Shown here: one piece after another, positions 32,401 through 42,682 of the stretch | Layout: every line of letters starts with the position of its first letter | How positions within the stretch are numbered: position 1 is the stretch's first letter | Assembly: GCA_964019335.1 (NCBI GenBank) | Contig: OZ025757.1 | Coordinates: forward strand, 62,001 to 126,000 | Length of the DNA stretch: 64,000 bases | Source: Diplonema japonicum | Lineage: Eukaryota; Protista; Euglenozoa: Diplonemea | Direction: 5' to 3' | Notes under the pieces: model-generated | The model's database searches: none | Told to the model about the DNA's origin: nothing | The model's input: only the letters and a program-made list of their open reading frames with translations | Translations under genes and position numbers: made by a program

Positions 32401-33224
32401 TACGCCTGCAGCTTCGCGCGAAAACTATCCATCGTCGCAGACATTATAACTATTTTCAACCGCGTGTTCTTCTTCCGCATAACGGTTCGGAGAATTGACA
32501 ATGCCATGTCGATCTCAAGCGTTCTCTCATGAACCTCGTCCACAACTACAAAAGAATATTTTCGCAACGCGTCGCCGGACGTCAACATTGCGAGGAGAAC
32601 TCCCGTTGTAACAAATCGAATTCTTGCTTCTTTCGTGGATGCGTTTAACCCTCCAATTGTGAAGCCAACGCTTTTCCCTAAAATCTCGCCTCGTTCGAGC
32701 GCCACCCTTGCTGCTAGCGACGCCGTTGCTATGCGACGTGTTTGAACGACTAGTACAGGTTTTTCGCGTCCGTTTTGTTGGCAAGAATCAAGTAATATTT
32801 GCGGTATTTGCGTTGATTTCCCGCACCCAGTTGAACCGGTAATGATAACTACTCTGTTTTCCTCAACAGCCCGAATGATGTTCGCCCGCTTGTTCGCGAT
32901 CGGCAGCAGTTTGCTTTGCGATGCGAGCTTTTCTTTTTGCATTTTGACCAGCCATAAACTGTGCTGCGCGATTCTGTCTGCTACGTCTTCTGACCGGCTC
33001 TGCAGGTGTTCGATCTCTAACAGGCTTATCTCCCCGCGGCCGCCTTCTCCCTCCAGTTTTTTTCTAATGTCCTTTCGCTCCGTTTCCAGGTTCTGCCTAA
33101 CCGCCACGCACTCAGCCACGCTGTGATACGGGCAAGGGGGTTCCTCAATGCGTGCGGTTTCTTCGTCCGAGGACGATTTTTCAGAGCTGCTTTCCTCAGA
33201 GTCGGAAAGGACAAGGGTGGCCAT
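29481..33224 (-). CDS. DExH-box RNA helicase, TDRD9/Spindle-E-like, 1247 aa
   Basis: GSTGCGKST, DEVHER, SAT, STNIAES, VIDFCL, QRAGRCGR, HA2-like region. Confidence 0.88.
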   Translation of the reverse strand: MATLVLSDSEESSSEKSSSDEETARIEEPPCPYHSVAECVAVRQNLETERKDIRKKLEGEGGRGEISLLEIEHLQSRSEDVADRIAQHSLWLVKMQKEKLASQSKLLPIANKRANIIRAVEENRVVIITGSTGCGKSTQIPQILLDSCQQNGREKPVLVVQTRRIATASLAARVALERGEILGKSVGFTIGGLNASTKEARIRFVTTGVLLAMLTSGDALRKYSFVVVDEVHERTLEIDMALSILRTVMRKKNTRLKIVIMSATMDSFRAKLQAYFKSVNIKEETSIATPPVVISSRQPPNYKVAYIEDIDYESIDGLTVQDYKKSLRRPKKPSIPVERVVLAVKLLKQLHETVLSKGCNVLVFVPGIGDMTELYARLERVLDMDSVTILNLHSSVSTEDQNRIYHDFKGDRLIVLSTNIAESAITIPSLQLVIDFCLHKENRHDYETNVSSLNLDWVSKAMSTQRAGRCGRSFAGLVYRMVTKPEHDSFSEITKPEVLVASLQTTCLKILNMRWLYARFTDVQSFLFDLLDPPESETHVKSALRDLCDMKCIEGNSTTSQKLTYMGKLAALFPLDVQDALLLVNGYMYGCLDDAFIIAAIRSRSRSVIVQPFKQPVMATMLGLTYAGPCLSDEISAVNAYHFWQKRRVQEDEKEWCLSKGLSLPALRETHDSVLQLRTVGSKMGLCVPPSHAEKGRKLEEKIKSVELLAATDVEETASISLGLERNGHSVHELTQELLLNLTLSASDAARQQEDTRKKLKKNVRRQLEAAYSASDAKLLSWLLEDAIRETEMCHLPVDRQFGITACLAASRLQHLFVIGNAPHTGGYPLSEVKGDISDFYLDLELSHEMKFETEEDYADAKKQIEDQLRTIRTAHNTTTVKKIKGEPTLPVRGMVFRPLKKRVEIYLMTSAVGGDSDAGWYCQAGCHKTYVLRIASRLLDRQLIVPKPIAVEDATEKPSRNASGTLKLPGKKSHVYLKRETLAVSKAKPHHSVAACGLLAFAAKKTMVMPRSSSIGFPFMLHRPGMVGWGVGSRVSGRKSRLFSDSGTVVMGAVGSPELMVLLTDASVDVARVQYNDERSKATVEFSSGRNNVRRSIMLELPTALLTQTANMREVGVQKFEKLYVSYVEHLKALHGQNMLKNDQLPPFDPTRLVQNTWANPLCEHADTGDCPSADVSEPPPTTEDSDGIIREKKGYAVVGKKQDVDFFDEITLRAATSLGKACEPSSGVLSLPNSRATLLTGGDVK

Positions 33225-33347
33225 TTTTTTTTTTTGTCTTTTTTTTAAAAAAGATTTTTTTTTGACATTTCTACAAGGGGAAAATAATAAAACAAAGAGA
33301 GAAGACACAGAAAGGAAAGTGAGTGAGTTGGGGGAATATGGGAATTT

Positions 33348-33388
<41 letters not shown>

Positions 33389-35373
33389 GGGAGAAGGGGA
33401 GGGGTGGGGGGATGGTATGGTAGTGGTTTTGCGTGTGGAAAGAAAAAAAAAAGATATAAAAGGAACAAGAATAAGAGGGGGGAAAAAAAACTTTAAACTT
33501 TTGTCCCCCCCCCCTTCCCTCCCTTTTCTTTTCTGTGGGTGGGTAAAAAAAAAGGGGGGGGGAGTGGGAGGAAGAGGAAAGTACCAGTGTTTTTTTTTCT
33601 TCTTCTTTCTTCTTTTGGAATTTGCTTTGGAAGGAAAATAAAAAATAAAAAAGAGGAAAGATATACTATTGCTACCCCAGCCTTTTTCAAAGGGGCATAC
33701 TTTTGCAAAAAAAAAAAAAAAAAAAAAAAGAAAAGAAAAAAAAAAAAAAGAAAGAAAGAGCCAGATTTTTTGTCACACAAGTACAAATCCTTGAGAATAA
33801 GTACTTTCATTCTTTTTTTTTGTTTTTTTTTGTTTGTTGTTTGTTTTTCCCCTCCTTTTTTTTACTACTCTTCTCTTGTTAAATGTGACTTTTCCCCATT
33901 CTCCAAAAACCAATCTTGGCTCACACAAAACCGACTTTTCTTGGACAAAATAAAATAAAACTGTAAGAAAAAGGTGTCAAATAAAGTCCAATGTACCCCC
34001 CCCCCCCCCCCCCCCCACAACACACACCAGTACTTTTTTACTCAAGAGGAACTGGCCGTTTTTTTTTTTTTTAAGGGTTCATTTCTACTCAAAAGAACAA
34101 TGCGATTTAACATAAAAAGAGATAAAGGAAGACCAGGTGCCCCTTGCACAAGCACGGTCTACTTGATTACAGGGGGGGGGGGCACACCTCGGCCGAGCTG
34201 TAGCTTTCTCTTGCATTCGATAGAATTCGTCCAAAAACTTCTTCTTGCCACCAAAAAAAAGAAATGTGCACTATTTATGGGGGGGGGGGAGTGTTAGCAA
34301 CACTCCCATTACCCAAGGGGGGGAAAAAAAAAGAAAAGAAACACAATCGTCCCCTCTTCCCTGCAAGGCCGCACTAAAAAAGCGGGCTTCTTTTTTGTCA
34401 ACCAAGTCCAGTGCGAGAATTAAACAGGAGGGGGGGACTCCGTGACATTTTGAAATCTCTTGCTGAGCCTATTTTTTTTTTGTGTTGATTTTTTTTTTTT
34501 TTCCTAATTGGATTCTCCAAAACCCTCAAGTAAGAGTGGGGGGGGAAGCAAAAGATAAAGGGTAGGTAAGTAAAGAATTCGATAAAATCTCAAAAGTGTG
34601 CTGCAATAAAAGAAAAGAAAGAAAAAAAAAAAGAGCTGCGAACTATTTGTTCTTTTCTTTTTTTTTTTTTTTTCTCGCAAAAAAAAAAAAAATCATCTTT
34701 TTTTTTTTTTTTTTTTTTTTTGTTTCATAAGCATAAAGGGAGGAAAAAAGGGGAAACAGAATTCAAATGGTTTTTTTTTTTTTTTTTTTTCTTTTCACTT
34801 CTTTTTTCTTTATAAATCCTCTTCGGCCGAACAAAAAAAAAATAAAAAATGGGGCGTGGGTGGGGTAAAAAAAAATAAAAAAAGCGATGAAAAAAAAAAA
34901 GAAGAAAAAAGACAACAAATAAAGATAGTTGTGTTGTTGGTTGCCACCACCATCTCCCCCCCCCCCCTTTTTTTTAGCACAGTTGTAGCCTCGGTGGCCT
35001 CTTCCGCATTCCGTGGAAAAACCTGATTCCAGAGGGGCACACCTCCGTGTCCTTAATGCGTGGGGAGTGTGTGCGGCTAAACCCAACAACGCATACCACG
35101 GTGCTTTCTATATATCCCTATGAGCTTTTTATAAAAAAAAAAAAAAAAAAAAACATACATATATATATATATATAATATATATCGTTATTTCAACAACAA
35201 AAAAAATAATAATAAATAAAAAAAAAAAGGAGAGGATGGGGAAAAATAAAGCAAAATAACACAGTCGGGGAGGGGGGGGGGGGGGGAAGCAATATAATAG
35301 CACCCTCAAGGCAAGCAATTTTTTTATTTATTATTATTTTTACTATTATCATTTTCTTTTTTTTTTTTTTTTT

Positions 35374-36809
35374 TTATGTAGGAGGGTACTCTCCCGTCAA
35401 ACACTCGGCATCGCTTGGGTCGATTACTGTTCCATGGACATCCTTCTCGTATTCAATAAGCTGATCTCGGAACCCTTGGTTGGGGTTTGCGTTGGGGCGG
35501 GCTTTTTTCACGAAGGTGATGGCGTCCTTGAATGTCATCCCGTACTTTTTGATGAGGTACGCGCAGACTACCGTGACGGAGCGGGAAAGCCCTGCAAAAC
35601 AGTGCACAAGAACACGCTGATCTTTAGATTTTGTCTCGGACAAATATTCGTTCACCTTTTTTTTTTTTTTAAATTTTTTTTTTTTAATTTCTTAAGTACC
35701 TCATCAAAAACACCGGTCATCCCTTGCTCCGGGATGTCCTCCACATTGAGGAGAAGCTGGTCGACCCCTTCTGGTAAGGGGTCGATGATCTCAAGCTGTT
35801 TCCCAGCGGTTACGATTCTCGTGATATCCAGCTCCTTTTAATTTTTTTTTTTTTATTTTTTTAATTTTCCCCCACACCTTCAACACTTTCTGGCACTGCG
35901 CGGTCCTCACGGAACCCAAGTACATATATTCGTTAATTCTATCGGGGTAAATCTTGTTCCATGACAAGGCCACGTTGTCCAACGGCACGCTGATGTCGTC
36001 CCACGCCGCCTGTAGGACAGGAGAGTTGTCAATGTGCAGCTTGGTTGCGGTCCAGCGGGAAAGGTGAGCCGCGTTTATGGTCACGATCCCCGAGTTTGCA
36101 CACAGAAAACAGGTTTTCAAACCCTTGATTTTGGTCAGGCATTCCGGGATGGTGGTAAAGAAGTTGTAGTCGAAGTTGGCGGTCCTAATTTTTTTTTTTT
36201 TTTTTTTTTTTTCTTCCCATACTTAAGGTCTGTCAGGTTGGCGATGGAGTCGGGAAGACATTCCAACTTGTTCCTATTGCAGTCCAGCGATGTAAGGCTG
36301 GACAGCTCCCCGATGGCGTCCGGGAGGGACGCGAGCTCGTTCTGCCCGAGGTTTATCGTTGTGAGCATCTGGAGGTGGTCGATCTTCGGGGAGATGGACT
36401 TCAACCCGTTGAGGTGCGCCTTCAACGTGAGAAGGCCCCCACATGAAAACAGCGAGTCGGGCAGCTCGTCGAACTTATAACAGTTCAGCGTGAGGTCTTC
36501 CTGCCCGTCGGCGAGGGCTTTCTGTATCACACTTTCTAAATCGCCTGCTGTTTGAGACTCTAGAAGGACTTCCTCTTCCGTTCTAAAGCTTCTCTTGTTG
36601 ACGCTGCCCTTTCTTATCGCTCGATACCCCGAAGGGACTGAAAGGAGCCCGCTCTCTCTCCGGTCTTGGGATTTCGACATTTCTTCTTCTTCCGAACTGC
36701 TCGAGTCGCTCTCTCCCTCCACCGTGAGTACCGCCCCACCCTCACCTAGCTCGTCAACCACCGGCAGCAAACTCTTTCTGCGCTCCATCGTCCTTTCTCT
36801 CAATATCAT
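35374..36809 (-). CDS. LRR + dual-specificity phosphatase, 436 aa, 4 exons (36809-36223, 36184-35878, 35834-35700, 35655-35374)
   Basis: LRRs (LASLPDAIGELSSL), YLGS, VHCFAGLSRS, RPNANPNQGF; spliced 1311-nt open frame colinear with paralog at 37268-40976. Confidence 0.88.
35656..35699 (-). other. 44-nt GT-AG intron, A-rich, absent from paralog
   Basis: GAG|GTACTT...A(n)G|GTG; paralog is uninterrupted here. Confidence 0.88.
35835..35877 (-). other. 43-nt GT-AG intron, A-rich, absent from paralog
   Basis: AAG|GTGTGG...TTAAAAG|GAG; paralog reads LKELEI uninterrupted. Confidence 0.88.
36185..36222 (-). other. 38-nt GT-AG intron with poly(A) tract
   Basis: GTATGGGAAG-A(n)-TTAG; same position as the 912-nt intron in the paralog. 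Confidence 0.88.
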
Positions 36810-37267
36810 TCTTTCCGGTTTTTTTTTTTTTTTTTGGTTCCCCCCCCCCTTTTTTTTTTTTTTTTTTTGCATTTAGGGGGAATGGAAAAAAAGAAAAAAG
36901 AAAAAAGAAAAAAGAAAAAAGAAAAAAGAAAAAAGAAAAAAGAAAAAAGAAAAAAAATAGCTATTTTATTCACAATCCCCGGGAATCTGGAAAAAAAAAA
37001 TGAAAAAAAACCCCCCCTGGTGGGAGGGGGTGTCACCTGCCGTTGTAGTCTAACCCCCCACTTCATTTTTTTCTTGGCAATAAAAAAAAAGGGGGGGCTT
37101 CTTTAGTTTTACAGTATTATATGCGCAGTATAAAATACAAAAAAAAAGGGGGGAAGGGAAACATGGCATAATTATACTACAAAAATAAATATTTGGGGCT
37201 ATCCCCCCCCCCACCCCTAACATGTAAATGTTAGAAGAAGAGAATTAAAAAAAAATTCTTCTTTCTT

Positions 37268-38049
37268 TCAACCCTCGACACCAGGCCCATTCGCCTTGCA
37301 CTCTTTGTCGTTTGGGTCGATTACTGTTCCATGGACATCCTTCTCGTATTCAATAAGCTGATCTCGGAACCCTTGGTTGGGGTTTGCGTTGGGGCGGGCT
37401 TTTTTCACGAAGGTGATGGCGTCCTTGAATGTCATCCCGTACTTCTTGATGAGGTACGCGCAGACGAAGGTGACGGAGCGGGAAAGCCCTGCAAAACAGT
37501 GCACAAGAACCCGCCTCTTCTCCTTGCGGACTTTTTCGATGTAATCGTTCACGCTGGAGAATACGTTTCGCAGACCTTGCTCCGGGATGTCCTCCACATT
37601 GAGGAGGAGCTGGTCGACCCCTTCTGGTAGGGGGTCGATGATCTCAAGCTGTTTCCCAGCGGTCACAATTCTCGTTATCTCCAGCTCCTTAAGGATGTTT
37701 TCGCTTTGCACGGTTCTCACTGACCCCAGGTACAAATGGTCCAAAACCTGATCTGGATACACCTTGTTCCACATTAAAATAACATTTTCCAACCCTTTAT
37801 GTATTTTCCCCCATTCTATCTTCAGAACGGGGGTGTTGTCCACGGCCAAGTTGCAATTGGTCCAGTTGCCCATGCCGCTGGTGAAGCTCACCAGTTGTTG
37901 GTTCCCAATGATGAAGCATCTTTTTTTTTTTTTTTTTTTTTTTTCCCCCCACATACTTTTCCAAGCCTTGTATTTTGGGCAGACATGCGGGTAGGCTCCC
38001 TTTGATATTATTATAATCCAAATTGATGTACCTGAGAATGTGGATGGAA

Positions 38050-38086
<37 letters not shown>

Positions 38087-40976
38087 AAAGTACAGGACAA
38101 GCCCCCCGCTAGAGGGCCGCCCTATGGGAGGGGGGGGTCTATCTGTTAATACTCCCCTTCTGGAGCATTGCTTTCATCCCGATCGTGGCTGTGAGCGTCT
38201 TGCGAAGTCGAGTGATGCGATCCCGCTTGTAGGCGGCCTTCAAATCCATCAGCTTGTCGTGCGTGGACTGGGTAGCAAAAATGGGCCTCCTGGAGAAGCC
38301 TATAGCTGCCTTTCCTCCTATGGCGATGAGGGACTTCACCCTTTTCTGCTCATCCGCTGGGAAGGGGCGTCGCTTCTTCCGTGCCCTGCACGCTGCGTTT
38401 ATCTTTACGATTAGGGCCTTGATTCTGCGTGCCCTATCTTCCAGCAGGCTTCCTAATGATTTACCGGTCGTCCATTCGAAGTCAATGGCTAGCTCCACCG
38501 CCGACACCTCCAGCGCAGCTGTGACAACCATTGTAGCAGCGGGTTCAGGTACTGGGACAGGACCCCACCCACTCCTTCGAGCTCGCCTGCTATCGGAACG
38601 GGGCATCTCTTTCCTACTACATTTCGTTCCCACGGTAGCGGCTGTGTGTTGACGTCCTCCTTCTGCATGAGCTCCACGTCCCGCTTCTCAACCACCACGG
38701 CCAAGTATCGTTGCAGTTTTTCCAGGTATGCAAAGGCATGTCCTCTCGGCAGTATTGCGTGTAGCCCACTGGCCCCACTGCTGGTAGCTCCGTATCTTCA
38801 TATATCTGAGCTATCTTCTTGATTCGGCTCCATAGCTCCTCCGACCCTCTCCCCTCTCTCACGATGCAGTTGATCGCAAGTGTAGCAAACTTTCGCTTCA
38901 GGAAAAAAAAAACCCCTTCCCACAACACACAAAAATCCCATACTTAAGGTCTGTCAGGTTGGCGATGGAGTCGGGAAGACATTCCAACTTGTTCCTATTG
39001 CAGTCCAGCGATGTAAGGCTGGACAGCTCCCCGATGGCGTCCGGGAGGGACGCGAGCTCGTTCTGCCCGAGGTTTATCGTTGTGAGCATCTGGAGGTGGT
39101 CGATCTTCGGGGAGATGGACTTCAACCCGTTGAGGTGCGCCTTCAACGTGAGAAGGCCCCCACATGAAAACAGCGAGTCGGGCAGCTCGTCGAACTTATA
39201 ACAGTTCAGCGTGAGGTCTTCCTGCCCGTCGGCGAGGGCTTTCTGTATCACACTTTCTAAATCGCCCTTTGCTTGCGATTCCATGATGACATCCTCCTCC
39301 GTTCTAAAGCTTCTTTTATGACCGCTTGACAAACCATTGCCCGGGGATAGTTTTGAAGGAAGGGGTAAGAAACCGCCTAGAGCGCTTTTCCCAGCAAGAG
39401 TAGAGCTTGTTGCTAGTTTTCTGGGTGTTTCTACTTCGTCGTCTGACCCGGACTCTACGACAGACTGCGCCCCTGTAAGCAGTATCTGCGACCCAATATC
39501 GAGCTCCGGTTTTATTTCGGGAACTTCATTCGCTTCGCGGAATGATTGTTGTGCGGTGGGATGGACCACTTCAGTGAGCGGGCCCTCGTCCTTGTCGAGA
39601 GGAGGCGCTTCAGCAGGGCTGTTGGGGAGACTCCGTCTGGCGTAGGTACGGAATTTTCCCTTAATTTTTATCATGACCCCGACGGTGCTGCTGAACTTCA
39701 GGTTGATGTTATCTCCCTTTAAAACTGCCTTGTCCCTGTCCGTCTCAGAAATATTGATCTCGGTGTGGTTCTGCCTGGCAGCGCCTTCGTGGCCGGCGAG
39801 GAACTTATGGTTAAGGATCTCCGGGATACCGGTTTCCGTGCCGAGGCGTCTCGAAAACTCCTTAAAAAGCAATTTTTGAATGAGGTCCTTCGCGTCCGGG
39901 TCAACGTCAACCTGGTCCCACGATGGCTCGGTTTTTGTCACGGAATGACAAACCGCCGTTAGATTGTTCCCGAGAAATGGTAATGCCGCGTACGCCATCA
40001 CATATAACGTCACACCAAACGCCCAAATATCATGTATGTTACCAGAAGCAGGAACCTGGTTGAAAAGCTCAGGTGAGAAGAATGCTGGGGTTCCCGATGT
40101 ATCTTGTACCATTTCAGAGGATCCGCCATCGTCACCAAAATCGTTCGCAACGCCAAAGTCGGTCAGCTTCGGGGTTCCTTGCGAATCGACTAAAATATTT
40201 TCGGGTTTGATGTCTCTGTGGATGACTCCTATTTGATGGAGGTAGTCCAGGCCTTGAGCTATTCCAATGCATAGTTTTCTGAGCTTGGTGGTTTCCATAG
40301 GTGTGCAGCCGTCTTCAAGAGTGTAGCAAGGGCCTTCTTCAATGTACTCTATGATAAGGTATAGTTTGTTGCAGGATTCATCGTTGATCACCTCGTAGAG
40401 TTTGCATATGTTTGGGTGGTCGACTTTCTTCATGATTGCAATTTCTAGGCGGACGGAGTCGAGAGCGGTTTTGCAAGCGCCGACGTCTCCGCCGCCGCCC
40501 TTGCGGGCCTTTTGCAAAACGGATTTTTTCATGATTTTTATGGCGAAATATTGTTCGGTTTGAACGTGGACAACGAGTTTTACTTTTCCGTACGCGCCCC
40601 TTCCGAGTTCGGTTACTACCGCGTACTCGTTTATTTTTTTGCTCCCGTCTTCGTCCTCCCCGACCACCATCGTCTTGGTTTCTTTGACGTGGCTTTCAGA
40701 CGGTGATTTTCTCCTTTCCTTCACCCATGTTCGCTCTGCGATCTCGAGCAGGCCTTTGATCGGGTTTTCCGGCTTCTCCGCGATCAACGCCTTGCTGATC
40801 CTCTCTAAAAATAACGCGGCGCCGCTTTTCTTCAAATAGTTCACATCGTCCTCGTTTGCCGCAGGGACCAACCCGACAGGGTCGCTCTTCCTCTCTGGTG
40901 AAAAGGTGGACAGCGCACTGGTATTCTCCCCTGTTGTCGGCGTTGCCGGTTCGATAATGGGGGTCGTTTCCGTCAT
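37268..40976 (-). CDS. Dpy-30/RIIa-like D/D motif + CaMKK-like kinase + LRR + dual-specificity phosphatase, 919 aa, 3 exons (40976-38944, 38031-37957, 37919-37268)
   Basis: YLKKSGAALFLERISKALIAEKPENPI; GRGAYG, FAIK, HRDIKPEN, DFG, GTPAFFSPE; LRRs; VHCFAGLSRS; spliced 2760-nt open frame. Confidence 0.85.
37920..37956 (-). other. 37-nt GT-AG intron with poly(A) abutting AG, absent from paralog
   Basis: GTATGTGGGGGG-A(n)-G; joins GLE-K-CFII (paralog GLKTCFL). Confidence 0.88.
38032..38943 (-). other. 912-nt GT-AG intron containing a retroelement relic
   Basis: GTATGG donor identical to paralog; T-tract...TTCTCAG acceptor restores TDLK-YINLDYN. Confidence 0.82.
38090..38900 (-). mobile_element. 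non-LTR retrotransposon 3'-region relic inside intron (ends approximate)
   Basis: RIKKIAQIYEDTELPAVGPVG resembles RVGEIIGLYQDRDDDEVMGPIG of the RT relic; frameshifted. Confidence 0.6.
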
Positions 40977-40990
40977 TTCATCCCTCCTCT

Positions 40991-41024
<34 letters not shown>

Positions 41025-41026
41025 GG

Positions 41027-41059
<33 letters not shown>

Positions 41060-41104
41060 CAACAACAACAACAACAAAAAAAAATTTTTTTTTTCCCCCT
41101 TTTT

Positions 41105-42460
41105 CTAGACAGATCCTTGGCGTTTTCTATAAGACCCTTTTTCGTATTGAAGGCCTGACGAGGCGAGCATCAAGCGGTGTTCCTCTTCGTGCTGTTGGCG
41201 AAGCCTCGACAGCTCGTCGTGGACCTCGCTGAGGTGGTCGGTCTTGGCCCGCGACTGCTTGAGGAGCTTCGAGTTCTTGTGCTCCTGCTGAAGGAAGGCC
41301 GCACGCTGCTTCCAGTATTTTTTATAATCCCCAGACATCAAAACCAGGTAGTCTAGGATGGACGGGTAAAGCACCCCGATCTGAGTAAACTCGGCAAAGC
41401 TGAGCCGCAAGTCCTTGTTGACGTCCAGCACGGAAAACATCTCGGAGTACGAAGACGACGGGAAATCCAGCCCTAGCGAGCGGAAAACGGTTGTGACTTC
41501 CTCTTCAGAGACCCAGCCCTGCCGGTTCACATCGATATTGTGAAACAATTCCCAGGCTTTGGTAAGCGTTTTGCCACCGGGAACGACAATCGAAGGATGC
41601 GGCATGGCTGCTTCCACCTCTATTACATTTCGCTGATGGATGTACAGTTGCAACCCATCTTTCAACTGTGATGACGCTGTTAAAGGCAGCCAAGAATCGT
41701 CTTTCCAAAACACGATTTTTTGTATCACCACATCATTGTTCCGTATGCCTTCTTCTTTGTATAGAATTGACTCATACGTCAGTAATCTTTCCGCGTCGAT
41801 TGTTAGATCAGAGAGGGTTGGGATGTTTTCGTATTTGAACTCGTAGTTCACCTTTTTGCTCCATAGGTCCGCGGCGATCCTGAGGACGCCTTTCGACCTG
41901 AAGTTCACGACCTCCGCCCCTGCAATGATGTAACCCCTCGGCGGGGGGAGCGGTCCCTCACAGTACCGCTGTTGGTATTTTTGAAAAACATAGATTTGAT
42001 CGTTCGGTTGCAAATCCTGCGGGTCGCACAGGTATCTCCATTCCTGCTCGATCTCCGACCATATTAACAGGTGCGAGATTGTGATGTGTGTATGCTTCCC
42101 GTCTCCTATCCAATCCCACAACAGCGATTTCGTCAGCTGTGTCAACAGATCCGGAAGCGTGCTCGGCCTCTCTCGGAACCCCATTTCAACGTTTCCTTTC
42201 CCTTCTCCCGTGTCAACCGCGACACGGAGTTTAAACTCCACCCGTTCCGTTAATGCAAAATTCGGGGAGGGCGGCGGCGGAGCCGCCGCCCCGCCCCCCG
42301 TTTTTTGCGACGCGGCAGGGGACGCTGCAACGGACGGGGAGGAGGTGACAACCCCATCCTGCCTCCAACTCCCTCCTCCTCCCACCATACCGTGGAGATT
42401 GGGCGTCCGTGAAAATCCATACGGACGGGGGGGAGAAGAACCCACGGGGAGTTGTTGCAT
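41105..42460 (-). CDS. BILBO1-like protein with two BILBO1 N-terminal domains, EF-hand pair and coiled coil, 451 aa
   Basis: LRIAADLWSKKVNYEFKY..IPTLSDLT..QLYIHQ and LRVAVD..NVEMGF..QIYVFQ resemble BILBO1-NTD; EF hands DVNRQGWVSEEE and DVNKDLRLSFAE. Confidence 0.78.
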   Translation of the reverse strand: MQQLPVGSSPPRPYGFSRTPNLHGMVGGGGSWRQDGVVTSSPSVAASPAASQKTGGGAAAPPPPSPNFALTERVEFKLRVAVDTGEGKGNVEMGFRERPSTLPDLLTQLTKSLLWDWIGDGKHTHITISHLLIWSEIEQEWRYLCDPQDLQPNDQIYVFQKYQQRYCEGPLPPPRGYIIAGAEVVNFRSKGVLRIAADLWSKKVNYEFKYENIPTLSDLTIDAERLLTYESILYKEEGIRNNDVVIQKIVFWKDDSWLPLTASSQLKDGLQLYIHQRNVIEVEAAMPHPSIVVPGGKTLTKAWELFHNIDVNRQGWVSEEEVTTVFRSLGLDFPSSSYSEMFSVLDVNKDLRLSFAEFTQIGVLYPSILDYLVLMSGDYKKYWKQRAAFLQQEHKNSKLLKQSRAKTDHLSEVHDELSRLRQQHEEEHRLMLASSGLQYEKGSYRKRQGSV

Positions 42461-42601
42461 TTTTCTTTTTTTTTTTTTTTTTTCCCTTCCTTCCCCCCGC
42501 CTTGGCTTTTTTTTTTTTCTTCTTTTTCTTTTTTTTTTCTCATCCAAATCAAACAGAAAATAAGAGGCTTTTTTTCTCCTTTTTTTTTTTCTTGGCTAGG
42601 G

Positions 42602-42643
<42 letters not shown>

Positions 42644-42682
42644 GTGCGCACTCTTCTTTTTTTTTTTTTTTTTTTTTTTTGT

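Noticed and set aside
36891-36955. GAAAAAA-type tandem repeat as an array
   Set aside because: Simple microsatellite with no spacers; no CRISPR array, tRNA or rRNA was recognisable anywhere in the window.
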